NCBI RefSeq assembly: GCF_030028105.1
Contig: NC_092379.1
Location: forward strand, 26,529,821 to 26,593,820
DNA length: 64,000 nucleotides
Direction: 5' to 3'
DNA from: Mobula birostris
Lineage: Eukaryota
Positions 49,411 to 60,110 of this stretch are shown piece after piece. The first letter of the stretch is position 1, and each line of letters begins with the position of its first letter. The position numbers and the translations under genes were made by a program. The notes below the pieces were generated by a model. That model had not been told where the DNA came from, ran no database searches, and saw only the letters and a list, made by a program, of their open reading frames with translations.

Positions 49411-52400
49411 ATGTTCTATATTCTATGCTTAACAATCCCTTCAAGTTGGGCGCTAATCGTCAGTCCCTCTGATCCGCTTTACTAAAAAAAAAAATCCTTC
49501 CATTTATCCCATATTAATCCTACAAAGGACAACTAGTTAACTGTAAAGGACCCGGAGATGCCTTGAGTATGGTAGCTTTATCGAAGCACGGAAGGGAGGA
49601 AATTAATTTTCCATGTTTCATGCCGAAACCCTGGCTTAGGGCTGAGAGTAGAGAAGCGAGATATACAGCAAATAATTAAGACAAGGACTACCAAGTAAGA
49701 TATCCGGGGTCATTGTTGGTATCATAAACATTAAAGAAGTTGAAAGACATGTAATAGCACGTAGGTCGGTGAGTAGTTTTATATGTAACTGCTCTCACGT
49801 GAGAGACTTTTTTTATTTGATTGCAGGTTGATTGGGGACCTGATCTTGTCAATTTCATTTTCCGCAGACCGCAGTTACCTCCACGCCTGGGATAAGATAT
49901 TACCTACCTTCCCATATGTCCAAAACAACAATTAAGAATAAGGTATGCAGAAAAATAATCTGAGGCCAGCGAAGAGTTAATTTATTTCATTATTAGGAAT
50001 GTGGATGATTGTTTGTTTCTTTGTTTATTTCTGCAAATACCTGCTTGTTACTAAACGAATAAAAAAAAAAGCTTTGGAGGCACCACGGTTAAGAAGGGAA
50101 AATGCTTGTTGATAGAAAATGATTGATTCTGTTGCCGCGACACCAATTTGCTTGGTGGTGCCTTTCTGTCCTGTACACGGCATCGTCTCGATCTGAGATC
50201 GGGAGCTTATGGCACACCTTCTGGAACATCACATAATATCCGGCCGGATCTTTCCTGAATTCGGTGACACTACGGGCCGTATAATCTGGTGATGGATAAA
50301 TAAAGTTCCTACTTTTCAGTTGCGGCACATTCAGTCCATGGCATAAAAAAAAAGACAGGCCTCCAAACGTGCTTTCGTGCATCGACAGTACTAATCTGCT
50401 CGACATCGTGCGGCCTATGATTAGTCACACTGAAGTGTTTAGGAATTTGGACCATCCTGGTGCGCTTGTGGTATTGTTATAGATAATATTCACTCCTGCT
50501 TATGGCTAGCTAATTTAGAATAGGACCGACTAGGAACATATATTTAGTGCATATTGACTGCACTCACCATTGGCCCTCTCATTGTATTGATTGTCCCCGT
50601 TACTTACATATAAAGCCGATTAATGCGTCTGTCTGACATTAAGTTTCCTCTACCTCATATTGGAAATTTAAGTGCATAATCTGTGACCCAAGAGATTCTA
50701 ATTCTCACATCTGCATTGCATATGTTCAGAGAGAGAGAGAGAGGGAGAGATTTGAGTCTTCAGGTGCGCTGACGCCGTCAATCTTGTCGTTGTCCTCCGA
50801 AATCCTTTAAAAGTCACCGACTGTGACCACAACAAAGGGGATCGGTTTCTGTGGTGGAGTTATCACCCAGGCGAGGGTGGACACATGGACAACTACCCAC
50901 CAATCAACCCCTTTCTTTTTCACTGCAAAAGCCACTGATCGATCCTTCAAAAAAAAAAAAAAAACACTTTTTCTGCGGGCTGAAACAAAGCTCATTCAGT
51001 GTCCAAAACATGTGTCTGAGGACTATCATCTGACCTCCTATTTATCCCACCGTACAGGATTCCAGCTGTCATTCGAATAGCTCCGCCTCCTCTCTCTGTG
51101 TAAGAAATGGGAGCAGGCGATGTCCTCGAGAAATATCAGGTTTCGGCCGAAAATTCATCACACCGAGTGTCCATCAAATAGCCAACCTCGTTTACCATAG
51201 CAACATGCGAGCTGCATGGTGCTGTCTCTAAGTCAGCAGAAACCCAAAACTTAACCAGTTCTTTCGCGTTCATTAAAGTGACAATATAATCGCATCATCT
51301 TTTTTGACATATGCATATTATAAAAGAGATACGAAAACCAGAAACGATGCTGTGAGGGATGCATTCCGCAAACGTGCACAATTCGTTTTAAACACCGGCA
51401 CATTAAACAAATGAATTATGGACTTAGATCTGTCAATGATATTTGCATTTTAAATCACATTTTCTCTTATTATTGACTTTTTACTTAAAAAAAAACCCTC
51501 ACCGTTCCCGGCAGTGATGGCACAGAAATGACTACACAATATACGATGAATGGAATATAGCAATGCACACAAAATGTTGAAGCAAGTAAACAGGCCATGT
51601 AGCATGAAAAAATAGAAATTCAAAGCATATGTAATCTTGAGAGTATACTTCATGAAGGTGTTGGAACGTTTTGCTTTCAACACAGAAGAAAATCTTTCAA
51701 TTTCCAAGGGAGATACTAACAAGGCAGAAGTGGACAGAGAGCAGTTGCAGAGGTCGTGCTACTTCTACCTAAAGACTGATCGAGAGAATAAAGTTCAATA
51801 CCATGTTCATAGTGACCTCACAATGGACAGACGGGGAGTGTGTTGCCCTTTAGGCAGATGTTTAGCTTTGTTCGGTTTCCGCTTTGAATAATTTGTTTGT
51901 AACTCTTCTCTAGTTAAAGTTAAAGATAAAATCCAATGTCTGTTGTATATCGCGGCATGTGATGGCGTCAACTGCAGCTTCGCTGCGTCCTGGGGGTACC
52001 TTCCTGTTCGGAGAAGGTGAAAAGTTGGGGCCGTGCGTGCAGCATAAACGCAAAGATCTCCGTGTCTGCACACAAAGAAAAGAGAAGCGACGCCGTAAGT
52101 TCGGAAACAGTATTTGAAGTGAAAATATTAACGCGGATTCTATTAAAGGAAGCGGCGGTTGGAGCGGCGCACATGGCGGCTTTTCAATTTCAAACGCGGT
52201 GTGTGCTCAAGCCCGGCGGCAGTTTGACGCGAACCCCTCCGTCCTCTGGGCAACTGAAGACAGTCGCTAAAAGAAAAGAGCGCTCGTGGTCTCAAGAATG
52301 AAAAAGACACTGTATATCTTTCTTTTTTTTTATCAAAAATTTTCACCATACGATGTTAACGTGGAAGAGTGAACAGTAAATGGTTAACCTTACAACGACT

Positions 52401-54409
52401 GTTTTCATTGGCTCCGGTTTAACTTGGTGTTTATTCAGAGTTTCAAAACACTGCACGAGAACACTTCAAAGCAAAAGATTATTCTTTGATTTTTTTTCAA
52501 AAAGGATAGATTATATGACAGATAAACTAATTAACAGTCTTATAATAACTAGAGACTTCGAAAATTAAGTCTAATTATCTGCGAGTATTCTATGATCTTT
52601 GTTTGTATGATTAGTGATGACACAAGTTGTAGTTTGGTACAAAAACTGAAATTATGAGGCGTTTCCTCAAAATGGAAAACAGTTTAGTCAATTACCCCAC
52701 TCCTTCAGACATGCGATTCCCATGTTCTCCTCTGAGTTTTGATGAATATATGACTTTGAAATAGTTGCATAAATCACTCAATCTGATGGAGATATCTACG
52801 CGCTTGGAACATACGCCAGCACAAATAACCAGCAGAAAAACATAAAAATGGAGGAATCTAATCTAATCAGCAGCACAGTCATTACATTCTGCAAATTACC
52901 TCTGAAAAGTTGTCTTTATCATTGTACGTTTCACCCTGCTGCGGTGGGGAACGGCGTCCCAGTGTGAGTGAAACAATCCTCACCATTGATAGTAACCTTA
53001 TTATCCCTCTTTGTATCCACACGAAACATTGAATGCAAATAGTGTGAACAATAGACAGAGCCATCAGAGGTTATATACTACACAGTTGAATAACACGCCA
53101 TGTTGTGAACTAAAAACGTATATTTTTTTCATGTTTTCAATTTATTCGTAGAAAACTTCCAATACTGGCAACACTAAATATAAAAGAAAATAGGCCAATT
53201 CAGTATCATGAAAAACATTGAATTGAATATGTATTTAATCTAATCAAACGCAATCAGACGCCATAGTCTTAAAGAGACACAATTTAATTGGTACTGTATT
53301 TACGCCATCGAAAATATAAAACAGTTAATAAAGTTGTGTGATATTAATATATTATGAAACACAGGGATTAACGCCGTAGTCTCATTTTTGAAAGACAATG
53401 AAGTTCATGACGCTTGCAATTAAGTGTTCTGGGCTTCATGTCGGATTATATAGTCTTCTCCTTTCCGACCGAGAGAGGTTTCTGGAGCAGAATAGAACCT
53501 CAGAAACGACATGTTTTCCAGCCTAACACAATCTATTTTAAAAGATGCAAATCAGTACTCTGTTGTATCAAACTGATCTTCACTGCAATTATGTTGAAAT
53601 GAGTATTCATTAAAATAGATTATGCAGTCATCAAAGGTTCTAAGTTGGAAGCCGAGGCAGAAAGCCACGCAAGAGACATGCTAAGCTTGTTTAGCACTTT
53701 CACTTTGCCTTTGCATAGCGCTGTCATCTAGCGCTACTGATGCTGTATAAAACTGTACCGAGTATTAGCTGCTCTGAATTCACTGGTGAGCACGGAGAAT
53801 TTGGTAATAGACTGCCCCTCTGTCAACTTAAACGGACTATTTAATCCACTGCTTTGAAATGGGTTTCAAGTGGGAATCTTCTGTGATTTCTGTTTTCAAT
53901 CATACTGCCATGCATGAAGAGTTTGCTGATAAACGATGGGGGTACAACTTGCCTTCCCGGTGCAGTGAGCACAGTGGGTGCATTTTTTGTAAAGGATAGC
54001 ATTGTTAATAAGAAAGTTGGTTCCGCTAACAACATTTAACATTGTACTCAGAGAATGACTGTATTTACAAATGAGTAGTTCGTTCTCAAAACAACCCATT
54101 CGTTACCTTCCAGCTCTTTCCTCACGTGATCTCTAAGTAAGCCCAGATGCAGTAAAGAACACTTATGTCGCGTTAGTTTTATTCCAGCACAAGAAATAAA
54201 ATCAGGGAAGGCATGTAGCTGCGAAAGTAGGGCACTCGCCTTTAATAACGCAGAAAGATTTACTCCAGCCCCTGTGTTCTTTAGCGCCCACTAAAAATAT
54301 CCGGCTGTGCAGATTAATGAAGACTCTGTTCTGAACAAAGGGCTATGTTAGGGTAGTGTTGTGGTGGTATAGATCTATCAAAGTTGCCAGGGCAAAGAGT
54401 AGTAACTGC

Positions 54410-55620
54410 TCATCGACCAGATCAGAACATATACAAGAAATAGGAGCAGCAGTAAACCACCTGGCCCATCGAGCCTGCCCCACTATTGAATAAGATCATG
54501 GACTTGGACTCATCTCCACCTGCTGGTTTCCACCCATAGCCCATAGTTCTCCTACTACGCAGAAAAAAGAAAACGATCCAACTTTGCCTTAATTATATTT
54601 ACTCAGGCAGTCTCCAGTGCTTCATTGGGCGAAGAATTCCACAAATCCTCCACTCTTTGGGAAAAGCAGTATCTCCTCATCATGGTACTAAATCTGCTCC
54701 CGCGATGCTTGAGGCTATGATCCTAGCTCTGGTCACACATATTAGTGGAAATAACATTCCTCACTCTCTTTCGTCTATCTCTTTCATAATGTTATATATT
54801 TTCGTAATATCTCCTTTCTTTCTGCTGTATTCCAACATGCACAGGCACAGACCACGATATTTTTCTTCAAATTCTAAACATCTCCTCGCTAGAAGCAGCC
54901 TAGCGTCTTTTTTGATTGGCTGCTGCACCTGAAAACTAATATATTTGCGATTCATGCACAAACACTCCCGTTCTTCTGCACAACCGCATGCTGCATGATT
55001 TTTACCTTTAAAAAAGGAATCTGCACTTCCAATTTACTTCGAATGTAAATGACTTTGTTTTTACCAACATTGAACCCCATCTGCCAAACCCTTGCCCATG
55101 CATTAAACCTATCTACATTTCGTGGAAGACTCTTCGTGTCTCTTGCACAATTTGCTTTTCTACTCAATTTAGTGCCATCAGCAAACTTAGAATCAGTGTA
55201 GTCGGTCCTTTTTCCCAGATTGATAATGCATATCATGAGGAGTTGCGGGCCCAGCACCAATCCCTGCGGCACACCAGTTACCATTGATTTCCAACCAGAG
55301 TATAACCCAAGAATCCAACATGCTTTCTACTAGTTAACCACTCCACTTTCTGTGTTCATACATTATCCTGACCTCTATGCACCCTTACTTATGGATGAGT
55401 CTTTATGTGGCACCTATCAGGCCGTTTTCTGGAAATCCAAGAAAATAACGTCCACCTTTTCCCTTCTATCCACCACGCTCGTCATATCTTCAATGATCCC
55501 CAATAAGTTTGTCGAACAGAATCTGCATTTGTTGGATCATTGCCGCGTCTGTCTGATGGATCTGCTTATTTCCGCATCTCCATTTCTTCAATGATAGCTC
55601 AAGCATTTTTCAGAAACACC
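54410..55620 (-). mobile_element. Old CR1-type RT 3' fragment
   Basis: Minus strand VTGVPQGLVLGPQLLMICI…FADGTKL; CR1 tail near 54420-54600. Confidence 0.8.
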
Positions 55621-55933
55621 AATGTGTTTTGATAGCTGCTGTGAAGCCATCAGAACTGGTGCTTGATTGTAGTATGAACAGCTGTTGCATATCCCAAGTC
55701 GTGTGAGCAGTGACGCAACGGATACAAAACCGGAAGACTACTGATTTTGACTGTTGTCAACTGTCTTGTCAAGACACTGCCCAGAAGTACAACATAACAA
55801 ACTCATTATTTTAAAAACAACAAGAACAATCAGGGAAGAAATCATGACCGCCCGCATCAGACGAAACGACACATTGTGGTGTCACTGATGGTGATGTTAA
55901 TTCAGCTTTCTGTTTATCTCAACATTAGTAATA

Positions 55934-56700
55934 GTCATAGTCATAGTCATATTTTATCGATCTCGGGGGAAATTGGTTTTCGTTACAGTTGCACCATAAA
56001 TAATTAAATAGTAATAAAATCATAAATAGTTAAATAATAATATGTAAATTATGCCAAGGCATACTGGCTCAGGGTGTCTGACCCTCCAAGGGATGAGCTG
56101 TAAAGTTTGATGGCCACAAGCAGGATAGACTTCCTATGACGGTCTGTGTTACATCTCGGTGGAATGAATCTCTGGCTGAATGTACTCCTGTGCCCAACCA
56201 GTATATTATGTACTGGATGGGATACATTGTCCAAGATGGCATGCAATTTGGACATCATCCTCTTTTCAGACACCACCGTCAGAGAGTCCAGTTCCATCCC
56301 CACAACATCATTAGTCTTACGAATGAGTTTGTTGATTCTGTTGGTGTCTGCTACCCTCAGCCTGCTGCCCCAGCACACATCAGCAAACATGATCGCACTG
56401 ACCAACACAGACTCGTTGAACATCCTTAGCATCATCCGGCAGATGTTAAAGGACCTCAGTCTCCTTAGGAAATAGAGACGGCTCTGACCCTGCTGTAGAC
56501 ATCCTCAGTGTTCGTTGACTAGTCCAGTTTATTGTTAATTCGTATCCCCAGGTATTTATAATCCTCCACCATGTCCACACTGACCCCCAGGATGGAAACA
56601 GGTGTCACCGGTACCTTAGCTCTCCTCAGGTCTACCACTAGCTCCATAGTCTTTTTTTTCACATTAAGCTGCAGATAATCCTGCTCTCACCATGTCACAA
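55934..56700 (-). mobile_element. Rex1/Babar-type LINE 3' end with (TGACTA)n tail
   Basis: ORF LRMFNESVLVSAIMFADVCWGS…RINKLIRK…SHPVH…RCNTDRHRKSILLVAIKLY; tandem tagtca tail at about 55931-55950. Confidence 0.85.
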
Positions 56701-57271
56701 GTTTCCTACCGGAGCCCTGCACTCGGCCTCATTACCATCTCTGCGGAAGATACACATCGACAGAATATAGCTGGATTTCACAATACTACACGTGTGTTTC
56801 TCGTCAACGATACTGTGTTTTCACGTATGCTATGTGGACATGTTTGTCCTATAGAGCAATTATGTCCTGCATTTCGCAATAAATTTATGAGAATCGGTAA
56901 CATCTATGTCAAGGAAAACAGTATCATCACTAACACGATAACCCGGACGCATTTTTCAGAGATGCCACTTAACCTGAAAACATCTTCCGTGACATTACTT
57001 CTCTTATTACAGGCAGAAATGACGTGGAATGTGCATAAAATAGGAAAGAAAGATAAACAATGATGATCTTGATTGACCAATTACCGGTCAACGTGCAACC
57101 AAAACAACCAATCACTTCGCTTGTCTCCCTGTATGTCTCTCTCTCTTTCTCGAAGAAGCAATCATGAGTATCTGCTGGATGGTATACTTCGCTCGCATTT
57201 CTGTTAATCATTCAGAACCGCAACATCAACAAATTGCACCGTTGCGTGTCGTACTCGACATAGCAGACAAC

Positions 57272-57712
57272 ATGTGGGCAATCCGATTTTGGGCACTAAT
57301 ATTTATGCCTGCACTACCCGGTATGTTCAGTGTATGATATTCGTGCGCTTCCTCTGGGACATATTTCCGTCAGAAAATTCTCATACGTTTCTTATTTTCT
57401 TCCAGGCGAGAATGGTGAATATTTGGTAATCCAGGATCCGACAGTAATTGCGGTTCAGGAAGGTCAAAGCGTGCTGCTGAACTGCAGCTACCCTGCAACA
57501 GCTGCCAACACGCTGTTCTGGTACATGCAATATCCTGGACAATCTCTAAGATATTTATTGATGATATACGCAACAGGGAATGGAGGAGAGCGATCGCCTG
57601 ATTGCCCAGACAGGTTTTCGGCTGCAATAGACAAAGGAAGTGCGACGGTTCCTTTCAGAATATCTGCTGCTCGTCTCTCTGACTCCGCCGTATTTTTCTG
57701 TGCCATGATGCA
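57272..57712 (+). CDS. TCR alpha/delta-type V gene segment V3: leader exon 57272-57320, intron 57321-57405, V exon 57406-~57712
   Basis: Leader MWAIRFWALIFMPALP, donor G|GTATGT, acceptor ttttcttccAG. V exon reads GENGEYLVIQDP…VLLNCSYP…LFWYMQYPGQ…DRFSAAID…LSDSAVFFCAMM and is open. The RSS is non-consensus. Confidence 0.9.
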
Positions 57713-57751
57713 CACATTACTGCCGAGCTATAGAACGCCACTACAAATCCG
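57711..57751 (+). other. Non-consensus 23-RSS of V3
   Basis: Two possible registers: CACACAT(57711)-23-CTACAAATC or CACATTA(57713)-23-ACAAATCCG. Both keep the CAC triplet. Confidence 0.6.
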
Positions 57752-59694
57752 TTTGTAAAATTTAAAATTTGCAGACTTCAGGGGGCAGCATAGAGATAAT
57801 GTTGGCTCCGCGGCACATTTTGCAGGAAGATACAGACTGAAACAATCACCCAGTGGAAATGCATCGTGTGTTTACATTAAGACATTGTAGCATCTCGAGC
57901 TGCTTATCTGATTGTGTAGAAGTCCTGGACAATATTTTAATTGATTAAAATTCGTTTGACTTGAGCGATGAATTTATACCGATACCAAACCCTGCAGTGG
58001 GTGTTTACATTTTGTCTTCAAATATTTACGTTCATGCTACAGTCACAATTCGAATAACAGGCTAACAAAATTGTCACGATATTTAGCCATAGCTCGCAGT
58101 TCCTGTGAGCGGCGAAGTTTCCATAGTCTTGGGAGCTCATTTCGGAAATATAGACATTTCTCTCAGTCACTGTTGCAACTCTTGTCTGATGCTTTCGTTT
58201 GCCTCAATGCTTTTTTTTTTCGCTCTCATGAATGGTTCACAAAAAGTCGATTCCCCACGTTCAATGACAGCATTAATAGATCCATGGCGCCGTTTTGTTC
58301 TGCTGTTTTAACTTATTGTGTGCACCGATAAATCCTCGCTTATGAAGTCCGAGAAAGAACACTGTTGTTTACTATCGTAGGATGAAACTATTTGGTCCTC
58401 CATTCAAGGAAGGGAGCTCAGAAATAATACTTAAATACAAACGAATATGTCAGTGCAGTTCCAGCAGCGAAGTCCGCTGATGCATGTTTTGCATCTCCGA
58501 ACAGTCCATACGGATCTGGAGGATATTTGGCCCATTAGATTTCACATTATTGTATTTAACCTATGCATTTTCATCAAAATTGGATCTGTTTGCCTTGAAG
58601 AGGAGAAGGTGCAAACGGAATTGAGAAATTTTCGCAATCTGTTTGAGTCTGCTGAAACTTGTATGATTTTAATATTGGTTATGCTTAACCTTCCCAACCA
58701 GACTATGGAAATATTTGAGCGGGTGGAACAGCTTATTTCGGAAATTCTTTCGTTCAGAGCATAAATATTCTGTTTCTGCAGGAAATTAGTTTCTTGCAAA
58801 ATAAACCCCTTCCCTTCAAATACAGAGAAATGGCTAAACACATATCTTCTCCTATTCCTTATTATTTTCATATAAGCAAATTTCGGTACCAGCGATGCCC
58901 AAAATAAATGAATCTGCTGGACATTGCAATGATTAAATTAAAGACTGCCCGTGTTTCCAGTTCTTCGGAATCTTTGTCTTTTCCATGAAGCTGCTGAGGA
59001 TCAGATTCGCTACTACAATGGATCTTGATGTTGGCAAAAAAACAGCAAGGTTAGATAGCACAAAACCACGAAGATTAGTTATAGTTCAATCCAAAGACAA
59101 TACAGCATACAGACGATATGTCAGATCATCGTGATTTAACCGCTAAAAACTCACTGAATGCGACACATATACTGAAAATAAGACATGCTTACTGATACTC
59201 CTCATACAATAAACATTGATTCGCTGCAGGTCCATCGAACGGAGGGTGCAGTGTGTACTGTTTCCACAATGCAGTGTCTCATGATTATTGCGTATAATTC
59301 TTGGAACAGCTAGTACAGCAATATTTTAAAATATCTTCAATTGACGATGTTTCCTCATAAACAACAGTTTAAAATTATGCACGCTAAGGAAGCTACGAGG
59401 AACAGAGTTTTCCCAAAATAAAAAAAAAAATCTGCCGAAATATTTTGTAATAGGTTTCAAAGCGGAGATTGTACTCGAAAGACCCTCCATCTTCTGCACA
59501 GATTTTATTCTATTTGCATCTGTCTCCACTATTAAAGAAATCCCATTTACTGCAAACAGCTTGTGAACAACAATCTTATTTTGTAATAAATTAAGTTAAT
59601 CGAGATTTTATGAAACTTAATAACATCAGAGATTCGGATTCATTCGGCCACAGTCGGAGCCTGCCCAGTTACTCTCGGTAATACTGATCTGGCA

Positions 59695-60110
59695 ATGACA
59701 CAACCGAGACGTCCAGCGGTTCAGGCAGCATCTATGAAAATGAATAAAGTTTTGACGCTTCGGACTGAGATGCTATATCAGGGATAGGAAGGAAGCGGAA
59801 GGAAACCCAGAATAACATGGTGGGGACTGGGACAATTACAAGTTGGAAGGTAAAAGGAGAAGCCAGGTGACGGGCTAAGTTCCCTGATATGGAACGGAAC
59901 GTGAAGTGATAATATGGGAAAGGATTGATGGAACATATATATGGCTGCAAAAGAAGAAATCTGATCGTTGAGAAGAGAGCATCATTGGAAAATGGGAAGG
60001 GGGTGTATGAGACGGATGTGGTAGGCAGAAGGCGTAAGAAGGGAGACAGAATGCGAATTGAAAAACGAGAGAATGAGTGGAAAACTAATATTGGACGTTG
60101 CAGAAAATGA
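59695..60110 (-). mobile_element. Old Penelope-like 3' terminal fragment
   Basis: tcaggcagcatctatg…ttttgacgcttcggactgaga followed by a purine-rich stretch, as in 28831-29230. Confidence 0.5.

Noticed and set aside
50089-50406. 105-aa minus-strand ORF with an acceptor-like site
   Set aside because: No recognisable domain and no convincing donor or partner exon.
52007-52018. FGEG J-segment-like motif
   Set aside because: It is followed by EKLGP rather than T-x-L-x-V, and there is no upstream heptamer/12-spacer/nonamer.
53960-54008. gtgcagtgagCACAGTG resembling a TRAV 3' end
   Set aside because: The upstream codons are not D-x-A-x-Y-x-C and no nonamer follows at 23 nt.
3420-57712. Possibility that a V is NAR-TCR V, a NAR-TCR supporting V-delta, or an IgH-like/TAILV segment
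   Set aside because: Trp-to-second-Cys spacings are 57-59 residues, so there is no NAR-type C'/C'' deletion. All three have their own leader exon and none has a CDR1 Cys. The frameworks look TCR alpha/delta-like. A phylogeny would be needed for formal family assignment.
58447-58871. Overlapping 105-aa and 109-aa ORFs downstream of V3
   Set aside because: No Ig-domain C/W/YxC pattern or other recognisable motif. They are likely chance ORFs in AT-rich DNA.
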